Source: Ureaplasma sp. (GTDB lineage Bacteria > Bacillota_I > Bacilli_A > Mycoplasmatales > Mycoplasmoidaceae). Taken from it: DNA of 64,000 bases. The stretch's first letter is position 1. Each line of letters opens with the position of its first letter. Made by a program: the position numbers and the translations under genes. The notes below the pieces were generated by a model, which saw nothing but the letters and a program-made list of their open reading frames with translations, made no database searches and was not told the origin of the DNA. The DNA lies in NCBI GenBank assembly GCA_050872725.1, contig JBNMHK010000001.1, positions 44,850-108,849 of the forward strand, read 5' to 3'. This document shows positions 11,011-20,766 of the stretch, in pieces.

Positions 11011-13098
11011 TTACATCGTAGTTTCACGATAGTTTTCTTTGTACCAGTCAATGTGTTTTAAAATATCACTGAGTTGTTTAATGTCAGCGTCATGGTCATA
11101 AATCCAAGCAAAGATGTCTTGGCTTAATGGTTTATGAATATCAAAATAAGCTAAGACAGCACATGGGATCCAACCCCTGTAGTTAGCATTAAACATGGTT
11201 TCTTCAATTTTCTCATAGCTATAATTTTCAGAGAAATACTTTACTAAGATACTTTTGATTGTCTTGTCATCAATTTTTTCTCGTCTAAAATTAGCTTCAT
11301 TTTTAAAGATGTACTCTAATTTTTGAGCAAGCAAATCATGCTCCACAGCAATAGAATCCAACATGAGATGTTCATTGACTTGAGCCTTAAGCTCTTTAAA
11401 ATCATAGATTTTAGTAAACTTGTCAAACATTTGGTTAGCCCGAGTTTTTATCTCATCAATTGTCCAAGTAGGCTTAGCAATGATTTCATTATTAAACCAA
11501 AATTCGTCATTTTGCATGGCCTGTTTTTTCTCACTGAAACTTTTATTAGAATAAACAGAATTGTACTCTTGGGGAGTTAAGGTTAAGTTCCCAATGGTAT
11601 GCATATAGTCTTCTGCTTGCTCAGGAGATATATCTCAATTAGCCTCATATTTTTGGGGCAAAATATGCTCCACTGAAGCATTGCTAAAGTCATACTTAAT
11701 TTTTGAATCCCCAGTTAATAACCTTATTAAAAATAACTTTGTGAACTCATTGCTGTTGTGATAAATTTTAGTGGATGCAAAGCCTTGCTTAATGGCAATT
11801 TCATTAGGAACACAATATTTGACTTCATGACCCATAGGTCTGTTTTGTGGCAAATAAATTAGGTTAGCATACAAACTAGCCACAAAGGCAGGATATTGGT
11901 CTTGTTGTTTAATAATATCTCCTAAGATTTTAGGGATTGCCCGAGTGATCTCTTTTTCATTTTTATCAGCAAACTCGCGGCTGATAATGTAGTACTCCAA
12001 AATTCTTAAAGCGGTCTTTAATTCATTAGGATGGGTAATGTAAATTTGGTTAGACTCATTAATATATGAGTACTGCTTCAGAATATGAATCAACAGCACA
12101 GCATAAGTGTTGAACCTAGAGATAATAATGATAAGTTCATTATTATTTAAATCACTTTTAAACTCATTTAGTTTAAGATATTTGTAATATCTAGCAAAGC
12201 TAAGATATTCTTTTAATAAGACATCTAAATTAACTAGATAATTAGTGTTCTTGAGTTCTAGATAGGCATTAAAGATTTTCTTGTTTTCTTTGTTGGGAAT
12301 GTTAAATGTTTTATAAGCAATAAAATGTCTTAACAGCAGGCTACTATCCTTGTCTAAGTAAGAAGTCAATTCATCCAGCTGATTATTTCATGTTTCAATT
12401 TTAGTATCAATAATATCTTTATCATCTTTATGTTCAAAAGATAATGAAGAAATGATGTCATTTTTGAACATATCATAAGCTGATAATTCTTCACCAGTGG
12501 AATTGATTTTAGAAAAGATAATGTTTTCATTTAAATTATTTTTTATCTCAATCTGGGTGATGATTGAGAAATTAAGTAATTTATTAAAAAAATGATTAAT
12601 TTTATCTTCATTAAAACGTGAATCAAGATACTTTTTAATCTCTACAAAATTGCAATAGTAATTGCTATTAGAAGTTGTATTATCTAGTGATGTATTTTTA
12701 ATGACATGATCTATGAGATTTTTAAGCAAGTTCTTGTTTTTGACATTGAATAAATCAAAGTCAAAAAATTCTAATAGATCCGTTATCGTTTTCTTGTTTT
12801 CATCATTTAAATGGGGATGCTGATAGATGGCAACAATCAATAAAAATATTGTTGTTATTCTTTGTTGACCATCAATTATTAATCTATATTTAGAATCATA
12901 TTTAACAATAATCGTCCCAAGAAAATAGAATGAACCAGGATTAACATTCATGTCCTCAGTTAAATCATCAATTAATGTTTTAATTTGAGTTTTAAATTTT
13001 CAGACATATTGGCGCTGAAAATAGGGGATTTGAATGTACTTATTTTCTTTTAATAATTCTTTAATAGATAAGCATTTTGAATCAATATCTCTTGACAT
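11011..13098 (-). CDS. GmrSD-type (DUF262+DUF1524) modification-dependent restriction endonuclease, 695 aa
   Basis: ATG 13098 and three track ORFs share one frame via TGA. Motifs IPYFQRQYVW, IDGQQR, FSKINSTG, SVEHILPQ, IGNLTLT..YNSVYSNKSFSEKK. Confidence 0.9.
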
Positions 13099-13108
13099 AA
13101 TCAGTTTC

Positions 13109-13117
13109 AGTATAACA
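13109..13117 (-). promoter_or_regulatory. Extended -10 box (TGnTATACT) of the intact GmrSD gene
   Basis: TGTTATACTGAAACTGATT-ATG, 10 nt upstream of the start codon. Confidence 0.55.
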
Positions 13118-13165
13118 TTAATGAAATAACAATTGAAACTAATTATGTTAATTAGTTGAGATTAA

Positions 13166-13666
13166 CTAGTGAAAATCACCATAATCTAAAGGGATTAGGA
13201 TGTGTAAATGTTTTGATTTATTATCATCTTTACAATGCTCATTATGACTTGCATTAAAGTGCTTATTAGGCTTCACATGAAATAAATATGACACCAATCT
13301 TTTTTGATCCTTGTTTTTATCACATGGAATTTTAGTTTTAACTATCATGTAATCAATAAGTACTTTTTCATACATTTGTTGTATAGCATCTTTATATTTT
13401 TGAACTTTACCAAGCTTGGCATATTTTCCTTTAATCTTAGGTTCAAGACCTGTGTAAAACAAGCAACTGTTGTCATCGTTGCTTGTTAATTTGTTATGAA
13501 ATACAATAAACTCATTATCTTTACATGAATGTTTTAATTCATTGTATTTATTGTGTAAAGCAATAAAAGACTTTAAGATTTCAAAATTATTTTCAAAACT
13601 TTTGGAAATGCTTCTAGGGTCAATATTTAAAATTAAAAGTTCTGACTCAAAGTTTATTTCAAGCAT
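13166..13666 (-). CDS. Hypothetical protein, putative toxin paired with Panacea antitoxin, 166 aa
   Basis: Starts 3 nt after the DUF4065 stop. No family recognised; ends KRLVSYLF...HILIPLDYGDFH. Confidence 0.55.
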   Translation of the reverse strand: MLEINFESELLILNIDPRSISKSFENNFEILKSFIALHNKYNELKHSCKDNEFIVFHNKLTSNDDNSCLFYTGLEPKIKGKYAKLGKVQKYKDAIQQMYEKVLIDYMIVKTKIPCDKNKDQKRLVSYLFHVKPNKHFNASHNEHCKDDNKSKHLHILIPLDYGDFH

Positions 13667-13669
13667 ATA

Positions 13670-14098
13670 TTAAAAAAAGATTCTGGCAAATTCATCTTGA
13701 ATTTCTTTAGCAGAAATTACTTTATCTTTCTTTTCATAATGATTTTTTCATGAATCTAATGTGTGAGTGTAATCAACTAATTCTCAAACTGAAAATCCCA
13801 AAAGTTTAATGATCATTTTTTTTAATTGATTTTTTTGATCAATGCTTAATTGGTCAATATCAATAGGTTTAACCAACTCTAGATTATGACGATAATTTGT
13901 TTCAACAGGACCATATTTTCATGCTTCAAAATTGGGTTGTCACAATTCAATGTTGTAATGGTTATAAAATCTACCATAGATTAAAAACAACATTTTGTGC
14001 ATTTGTAATTCTGTTACTATGCTAGATTCTTCTGTCCCTTCACTTAATCCAGCATTTACTTCATTAATGTATTGAACTATATCTTTATTTTCATGCAT
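13670..14098 (-). CDS. Panacea/DUF4065 (SocA-like) antitoxin, 142 aa
   Basis: With TGA=Trp: ELQMHKMLFLIYGRFY..., FEAWKYGPVE, SVWELVDYTH..DSWK, which are DUF4065 hallmarks. AGGTG RBS before ATG 14098. Confidence 0.85.
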
Positions 14099-14184
14099 TA
14101 TAACAACACCTAACTTTCTATTGGCACTCTCTAAAATCATCTTCCATAATGAAGATATTCTTATTCATCATCACTGACATTAAA

Positions 14185-14307
14185 TTATTCTTTGGCTAAT
14201 CTTTTTAAAATGTCTATACAATATTTGTAATCTTCAGTCTTTTGTCATTCTTCCATGATTTTCTTACATCTTTCAGGGTCATCTCATCTTGGTGTATTTT
14301 TACTCAT
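14185..14307 (-). CDS. Small hypothetical protein, 40 aa
   Basis: Strong AGGGAGG RBS; MSKNTPRWDDPERCKKIMEEWQKTEDYKYCIDILKRLAKE (two TGA=Trp). Absent from the ORF track. Confidence 0.55.
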
Positions 14308-14426
14308 AATTGCAGTTCCTCCCTATAGTTATTAGTACTCTTTAATAACCAAAAATGCTAATTATTAAATACTTACCAATAACAATAATTAATATTAATT
14401 ATAGATTACAAATAAGACGAAAAATG

Positions 14427-14459
14427 AAAAAAGCTACTAGTCAATAAACTAGTAGCTTT
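14427..14459 (-). terminator. Intrinsic terminator of the tRNA operon
   Basis: Inverted repeat AAAGCTACTAG/CTAGTAGCTTT followed by a T-run on the minus strand, just past tRNA-Gly. Confidence 0.75.
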
Positions 14460-14471
14460 AAGTTTTTAAAA

Positions 14472-14545
14472 TGGAGCGGGTAATGAGAATCGAACTCACA
14501 TTAATAGCTTGGAAGGCTATAGTTCTACCATTGAACTATACCCGC
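14472..14545 (-). tRNA. tRNA-Gly(TCC)
   Basis: Cloverleaf GCGGGTA...CTTCCAA...GTTCGATT...CCA. Confidence 0.95.
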
Positions 14546-14550
14546 AATAA

Positions 14551-14636
14551 TGGTGCTGGAAGAGGGACTTGAACCCTCACGTCCTCGCGGACACAGGATT
14601 TTAAGTCCTGTGCGTCTACCATTCCGCCACTCCAGC
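14551..14636 (-). tRNA. tRNA-Leu(TAA)
   Basis: Long variable arm, anticodon loop CTTAAAA, encoded CCA. Confidence 0.95.
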
Positions 14637-14640
14637 AAAG

Positions 14641-14715
14641 TGGTGCCCCATACAGGACTTGAACCTGTGACCCCTTCATTAAAAGTGAAATGCTCTACCG
14701 CTGAGCTAATGAGGC
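14641..14715 (-). tRNA. tRNA-Lys(TTT)
   Basis: GCCTCAT acceptor, loop CTTTTAA, CCA. Confidence 0.95.
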
Positions 14716-14726
14716 AATAATTTTTG

Positions 14727-14790
14727 TAGTGTCTTATATTGGAATTGCACCAATATCAATCATATGGTTTTACTATTAAACTAATAAGAC
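14727..14790 (-). ncRNA. tRNA-like element lacking an anticodon arm
   Basis: GTCTTAT TA GTTT AATAGTA AAAC CATATGATTGAT ATTGG TGCAATT CCAAT ATAAGAC A CTA: perfect 7-bp acceptor, 4-bp D and 5-bp T stems, only 12 nt between the D and T arms. Confidence 0.7.
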
Positions 14791-14793
14791 ATG

Positions 14794-14868
14794 TGGCTGG
14801 CCTGGTAGGGATCGAACCTACGCGTGGAAGAATCAAAATCTTCTGCCTTACCGCTTGGCTACAGGCCA
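14794..14868 (-). tRNA. tRNA-Gln(TTG)
   Basis: TGGCCTG acceptor, loop TTTTGAT, CCA. Confidence 0.95.
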
Positions 14869-14872
14869 ATAA

Positions 14873-14956
14873 TGGTGGACAGAGTTGGATTCGAACCAAC
14901 GAAACCGGGGTGGCTGATTTACAGTCAGCTGCGTTTGGCCACTTCGCTATCTGTCC
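14873..14956 (-). tRNA. tRNA-Tyr(GTA)
   Basis: Loop CTGTAAA, long variable arm, CCA. Confidence 0.95.
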
Positions 14957-15017
14957 AAAGTGTTATGCTTTTTTTACAAAACACAATGATTATTTTAACA
15001 AAATAATATATTAATGA

Positions 15018-15497
15018 TTATTTTTTTATTTTTTCAATTTTTACCCTATAAGGTTTTTCGATTCCTTTAACTTCGACAGTGTCACCTTTTTTTAGTCCAA
15101 TGATGCTTTTTGCTAGTGGGGATTCATTAGAAATTTTAAAGTTTTCTGGATCAGAACCTTCTGATCCAACAATTGTAAATGAATATTCTTTATTGTCTTG
15201 ATAATCAAAAACAGTCACTGTACAACCAATTGAAACAACATTAACATCAATTGTTGATGAATCAATAATTGTAGAATTTTCTAAAATATGTTTAATCTTT
15301 TGAATTTGTTCTTCAATTCTACCTTGTTCATTTTTTGCAGCATCGTAGTCGGCATTTTCAGATAAGTCACCTTGTTCTCTAGCATCTTGAATCTGTTTAA
15401 TAATTTCTGGTCTACGAACATTAATTAGAAAATCTAATTCTGTTTCTAATTTTTGCTTATCTTCTAAAGTTAAAAGTTGTTTATCATTATTAGACAT
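15018..15497 (-). CDS. greA: Transcription elongation factor GreA
   Basis: AREQGDLSENADYDAAK and ISNESPLA motifs. Confidence 0.97.
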   Translation of the reverse strand: MSNNDKQLLTLEDKQKLETELDFLINVRRPEIIKQIQDAREQGDLSENADYDAAKNEQGRIEEQIQKIKHILENSTIIDSSTIDVNVVSIGCTVTVFDYQDNKEYSFTIVGSEGSDPENFKISNESPLAKSIIGLKKGDTVEVKGIEKPYRVKIEKIKK

Positions 15498-15546
15498 ATT
15501 TATTTTGTTCCTATTTATAGAATGATTATAACTATATGATTATATA

Positions 15547-16164
15547 TTAATTTTGCACTTTAACCAAGGCATGCTTAATTACTTTATCATTAAATTTGTA
15601 TGCAGGACTCAAAACTTCAACTACGGTATTGGAAGCAAAATTTTCTTGATTCACCATTTCAAATGCTGACATATATTTTTCATCAAATGGATCACCAACT
15701 TTAATATCCACACATACAATATCCATTTCTGCTAAGCCACGACTAAAAAGGTCTAAAATCATTTTGAAACCAACAAGGTACTTTTCTACTTCCTTGCTAG
15801 TAACATTAGAATTAATAATGGTTGTTAATTGATTAATGCAATCTAAAAATGTACTAAACTTCTTTTCTACATAATTATTGATTTTGCTATTCAATTCGTC
15901 ATTAAACCTTGTTTCTAATTCTTGTTGTTTTTGTTTAACAAGTTCTTGAGCCTCATTAGCTTTTGCAGTGACTTTTTCAATGTAGCTAACATTCAAGTTT
16001 TTTAATTCATTTTCTAAATTACCTAATTGTTCTTGTAATTTTATAATCTCTTGCTTTAAAGTTTCATTTTCAGCAACTAATGGGTTATCTTGTTGCTTAT
16101 CACTTTCAGTTTGAATTTCTTCTTCTGGTTGAACATCATTTTGTTTAGTATTTTTATTGCTCAT
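15547..16164 (-). CDS. grpE: Nucleotide exchange factor GrpE
   Basis: Coiled-coil N-terminus; GDPFD...VVEVLSPAYKFNDKVIKHALVKV C-terminus; coupled to dnaJ. Confidence 0.85.
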   Translation of the reverse strand: MSNKNTKQNDVQPEEEIQTESDKQQDNPLVAENETLKQEIIKLQEQLGNLENELKNLNVSYIEKVTAKANEAQELVKQKQQELETRFNDELNSKINNYVEKKFSTFLDCINQLTTIINSNVTSKEVEKYLVGFKMILDLFSRGLAEMDIVCVDIKVGDPFDEKYMSAFEMVNQENFASNTVVEVLSPAYKFNDKVIKHALVKVQN

Positions 16165-17315
16165 TATTTAATCTCCTTTAATAATTTATTATTCCAATCA
16201 ATAATCTCTTGATTTTTTGAATTTGATGCAAGAATTTTTTTAATTACTTCAACTTCAGATTTACTTAATGGATTTGGTTTAGCAAATTTTATAGTCACAA
16301 TTAAATTGCCTGCACTATTATTGAATAATAGTTTCTTGCGATCATTTTTTACACCATATCCTGGCACTCTAACTTTATCTTCATCTCTAGTGTTAGCGGG
16401 AATGTCAATTTCTACTTCTCCATATGGACTAACAACTTTAGTTTTTCCTCCAACAATTGCCAATAATGGATCAACATAGCCAACAACATAAATATCATTA
16501 CCTTGACGTTGGAAATATTTAGAAGGTAGAATATCAACATGCAAGTACAAGTTACCAATATTTTTACCAATTTCATTACCACGATTAGAAACTGTTAATT
16601 GGTCGCCTTGGTCAATTCCAGCAGGAATAGAAATAGTTAATTTAACTTCTTCATCAACTAATTTCTTACCTTTACATTTCTTACATTTGTTCTTAATAAC
16701 AGTACTAGTTCCATCACAGGTAGTACAAATTTGTTGCGAACTCATGACACCAAAACCAGTTCTTACTTCACGAGTTACATATCCACGACCATGACAAGTT
16801 GGACATTCTTCAGCGCCACTTTTATCTTCTGAGCCTGTACCATTACATGAACTACAATTCTTTTTTCTAGTGTAAACAATTTTCTTGTCACCACCTTTTA
16901 TAGCATCAATAAAATTTATTTTTAAAATAAGTTCAATGTCTGGATTGATTTCATTTCTTGATTGTTGTCTTGATGATCTTGAACTTGATGAAAATCCTGA
17001 AAAACCACCAAACATTTGGTTAATTATGTCATCAAGATCACCCATTCCACCAAATTCAAAACCTGAAAAACCACTAGCACCTTGATAACCTTGTGTAGAT
17101 TGGTGTCCAAATTGGTCATATGCTTGTCTTTTTTGAGGATCAGATAAAACTTCATATGCCTCATTTATTTCTTTAAATTTTTCTTCAGCATCAGCTGCCT
17201 TATTAACATCTGGATGGTATTTTTTTGCTAGAGTTCGAAAGGCTTTTTTGATTTCATCTGTACTGGCTGATTTATTAATTCCTAAAACATCATAATAATC
17301 ACGTTTATTTGCCAT
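16164..17315 (-). CDS. dnaJ: Chaperone DnaJ
   Basis: J domain with HPD, G/F region, four CxxCxG repeats. Confidence 0.97.
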   Translation of the reverse strand: MANKRDYYDVLGINKSASTDEIKKAFRTLAKKYHPDVNKAADAEEKFKEINEAYEVLSDPQKRQAYDQFGHQSTQGYQGASGFSGFEFGGMGDLDDIINQMFGGFSGFSSSSRSSRQQSRNEINPDIELILKINFIDAIKGGDKKIVYTRKKNCSSCNGTGSEDKSGAEECPTCHGRGYVTREVRTGFGVMSSQQICTTCDGTSTVIKNKCKKCKGKKLVDEEVKLTISIPAGIDQGDQLTVSNRGNEIGKNIGNLYLHVDILPSKYFQRQGNDIYVVGYVDPLLAIVGGKTKVVSPYGEVEIDIPANTRDEDKVRVPGYGVKNDRKKLLFNNSAGNLIVTIKFAKPNPLSKSEVEVIKKILASNSKNQEIIDWNNKLLKEIK

Positions 17316-17350
17316 TCTAATTCCTTATTTTCTAAATGTACTAATATATT

Positions 17351-17377
17351 TTAGCATTTAAATACCCAGAGTGCTAT
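17351..17377. promoter_or_regulatory. CIRCE (HrcA operator) upstream of dnaJ
   Basis: TTAGCATTT-N9-GAGTGCTAT versus consensus TTAGCACTC-N9-GAGTGCTAA. Confidence 0.8.
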
Positions 17378-17428
17378 TTTGACTTTATTTTTGCTTTGAA
17401 AGTATATAATTTAACCAAGGAGAAATGT

Positions 17429-17914
17429 ATGAAAAAAAGTCCTGTTATTAGTAGTGCACTTAATGAACATTACAATCTAAATTTTCAATTAGGAATTGAG
17501 TACCTATCTTTAAGTCAACAAGTTTATAAAATTGGTATGCAAAACCTTGCTAGTTATATCAAGAAGTTAGCAGAAGATAAATTAACAATTCATAAAGATA
17601 AATTGTTTAACTATTTAGTCAATCAAAACATTGCCATTGATGGTAAAATCCAAACTTCAACTTGCAAAACATTTGCAAAGCCAGTTGAAATGGTAAAACA
17701 CATTTTAGAACATGAAGAAAATGTTAAAGAGAAGATTCTGGAATTAAGTAACTTGTCATTAAAAGAAAATGATCATGAAACTTTTCATTTCTTAACATGA
17801 TTTGTCAATGATGGTGTCAAAGACTATAGTGAAGTAAAAAATATTTATAATTTGTTTAGTTTATCAGATGATATTCTTGCAATCGATCAAAGTGTTAAAG
17901 ATCTAGATTACTAG
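17429..17914 (+). CDS. Ferritin-like protein
   Basis: AAGGAG RBS; ALNEHYNL...LEHEENV...ENDHETFHFLTWFV (TGA=Trp) resembles non-heme ferritin; TAG 17912-17914. Confidence 0.75.
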
Positions 17915-18466
17915 GTTATTAATTCATTCCGGTATTGTCACTTTTGATGTTATTTCTATAGTTAGTACTACAGCATTTGCATTGAATAATTTGTTTATAA
18001 TTTTGATTTTATTTGTATTAACAAAATGATCAACTTGTTTATACAATGAGTAGCTAAATTCTAACTTAATGGTTTTAGTTTCAAAGTATTCAGCTAAGTT
18101 GTTTTCAATTAGTTGTTGTGCAGCTATAACATAACTTCTCATTAGGTTGCCTGTACCTAATTTAGTTCCACCAAAATATCTAACTACTATGATTAAGCAG
18201 TTAGATATTTTTTGTTTTATGAGTAATTCTAAGATTGGGTATCCAGCTGTATGATGAGGTTCACCATTATCATCATATTTTTGTATTTCTTGATTAATTC
18301 CTAAAACGTATGCATAACAAATATGACTAGCATCACTATATTTATCTTTAACACTAATGAGAATTTCTTTAATTTGTTCCAAATTTTGAACATAATAACT
18401 AAACCCTAAAAATTTAGATTTGTTGATAATATAACTACTTTGTGTTGATTTAACTAGTATTTGCAT
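17903..18466 (-). CDS. IMPACT/YigZ family protein
   Basis: INKSKF, DASHICYAY, DDNGEPHHTAGYP, VVRYFGGTKLGTG motifs. Confidence 0.9.
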
Positions 18467-18586
18467 TTGTATTATTAATTATCTAATTATTTAACTAATA
18501 ATTAACAATTATTGTTAAACTTATAATTGTTATTATTTTGTAAAAATAACAATGTCATTAATAAAAAATAACAATGAAAGAATCAA

Positions 18587-18802
18587 ATGTCAAACGATAA
18601 AATTAAATTATCAGGAATAATTGAGGAAATTTTTCCGGGTTCAAAATTTAAGGTTAAACTAGAAAATTCATTAACTATTAATTGCACATTATCAGGAAAA
18701 ATGAAAATTAACTCAATTAGAGTGCTTCCTGGTGATAAAGTAGATGTTGAAGTTAGTCCATACGATGTTACCCAAGGAATCATCACCTACCGGCACAAAT
18801 AA
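18587..18802 (+). CDS. infA: Translation initiation factor IF-1
   Basis: LSGKMKINSIRVLPGDKVDVEVSPYD. Confidence 0.97.
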   Translation: MSNDKIKLSGIIEEIFPGSKFKVKLENSLTINCTLSGKMKINSIRVLPGDKVDVEVSPYDVTQGIITYRHK

Positions 18803-19325
18803 TGTAGCACAATTATGTTTGGCGAGTGCATTTTTAGCTCTGATTATTGTTACTAGACTAGTTAGCATAATGTTGGGTCCATTTATTTTGGGTTATAGTT
18901 TGCAGCTCCATTACATACCTTATTCATTAGGATTAATTTATTTAAAAGACTATAAGTATAAATTAGGGTTGTTCATTTTTGCACCATTAATATTAATTGT
19001 TTTTACTATTGGAATTAATCCTATATTTGATTATGTCTTAACAATGTATTCTTTCTTTATTTTGTTAATAATCAAATTTAAAGACTACCCAATCAAAAAA
19101 CAAATTATCATTTTGCTAGTAGTAATGTTTTTTAATTTTAATTTAGCAAATTTATGAAATGTTATTTCAGGTGTTGTGTTCTATCGTGTAACATGAAATT
19201 ATAGTTTTGTTTTTAATACTATTTTTAATGCTATAAATTTTGTCATCATAACACCAATATTTTTAATGTCATATAAAATTATTACTACCTATCAGAAAAA
19301 TATTAATTATGAATTCACAAATTAA
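18765..19325 (+). CDS. ECF S-component, ThiT-like (start uncertain)
   Basis: Hydrophobic; read-through gives ISGVVFY...WNYSFVFN and IFDY motifs resembling ThiT. Confidence 0.55.
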
Positions 19326-19929
19326 CCGAGATCCTTATAAATTAATACCAGGTAAAACTGTTATGATCCATGCATATAAATTCAATGGATGACTTTATCG
19401 TTGTTGAGATTTTCCTAAAGTGATTGCCGACAATGAAAAATATACAATTGTAGATTTAACAGACATTAAGATTATTTCTGCAGAAAAAAACTCAATGCGC
19501 TCTTTTGTCAATTGAAGTAATAAACAAGCATTTTGAGTATTTATGAAAAGAAAATGATTTAATTTTAGAATTAGTAAATCACATGTTGGTTACAAAATTT
19601 ACATCAATCTTGCAACTCCATTTATTTATGAGGAATCAGCAATAAAATATTATGATTTAGATTTAGATTTTAAATATTATAGCAATGGCGTATGAAGTGA
19701 AGTAGATATTAAAGATTTGGATGAAAATGCCCGGAAATTTAATTATCCTAAAAAGTTAATTGATATCATTCATGATGTTGAAAAGGAAATTTGAGAATTA
19801 ATTAATAGAGGATTTTTTAATAAGTTTATTGAACCAAATTACTTAAAGGCAATTAATAGTCTCATGAATAAATATAAAAATAAAGAAATAAATCATAAAG
19901 TGGATAGTGATATTAAAAATGAACAATAA
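19309..19929 (+). CDS. DUF402 (YgaC-like) protein
   Basis: IHAYKFNGWLYRCW, YINLATPF, IKYYDLDLD; several TGA=Trp, so missed by the track. Confidence 0.85.
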
Positions 19930-20701
19930 AATCGCATTAAATGATGAAGTTATTAAATACTATGATGAGTTATTAAGTAATATTAAAAAAGATTTTGCTA
20001 ATGGACAACATCAAAAAGCAATTGAAAGATTGCAAGAGGAATTAGAACAAACTTATATTCCTTTTGAATATCAACAAATTTTTGAAAATGAATTACATGT
20101 TTTGCAAACAGAATATCGTTACTTACAAATTGATGAAAAAATTAAACAATTACCACAAGACAAAATGTTGGAGAAAATTGTTGTCAACAACAAGTTTAAT
20201 GTGTATTTGTTAGACTATTTTTTGCAATTATTTCATAACAAACTTACAGATAAAGATTACTTTGTTATTAGTGAATGATTAAAATCTAATATTTTAGACA
20301 ATACACAAAAATTTTATGTTTTAGATAGTCTAGCACACTTTAACATTGACAAAGATTTTATTTTTTATAATCATTTGGTTCAAGATGATGTTGTATTAAA
20401 TACATTAAATTTTCACGACCATGAAAATTTTAAAAATTACAACATCACTTTAGACATTATTGAAAAAACATTATTCAAAGATCCAATTGTCACAAAATTT
20501 GCTGAAGATTTATTAAATGCTGTTACAACTCATTATTTTCCTAGTTTCATTTTTAATGATCCCGAAAATTTAGCAAAAATTATTTTAAAAATTATTAATA
20601 ATAGCATGAATTTTGTACAACTAGATTTGGCAAATTTATCGGAAGATGAACGTAAGGTTTACAAAATTTTTCTAGATTTACAATCCAGTGAATCTATCTA
20701 A
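19919..20701 (+). CDS. Conserved Mollicutes protein (DUF3196/MG237-like)
   Basis: EELEQTYIP motif; position immediately upstream of tig-lon; two track ORFs in one frame. Confidence 0.6.
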
Positions 20702-20766
20702 TTTATATATATTGGTATAATTTATTAGGAATGTTTTAAAACATTGATCTATTGGAGAAAATTATT

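Noticed and set aside
14118-14180. 20-codon ORF between the 40-aa ORF and DUF4065
   Set aside because: Too short, no clear RBS, no motif.
14739-15014. ORFs 14739..15014 and 14824..15006
   Set aside because: They overlap tRNA genes on the opposite strand.
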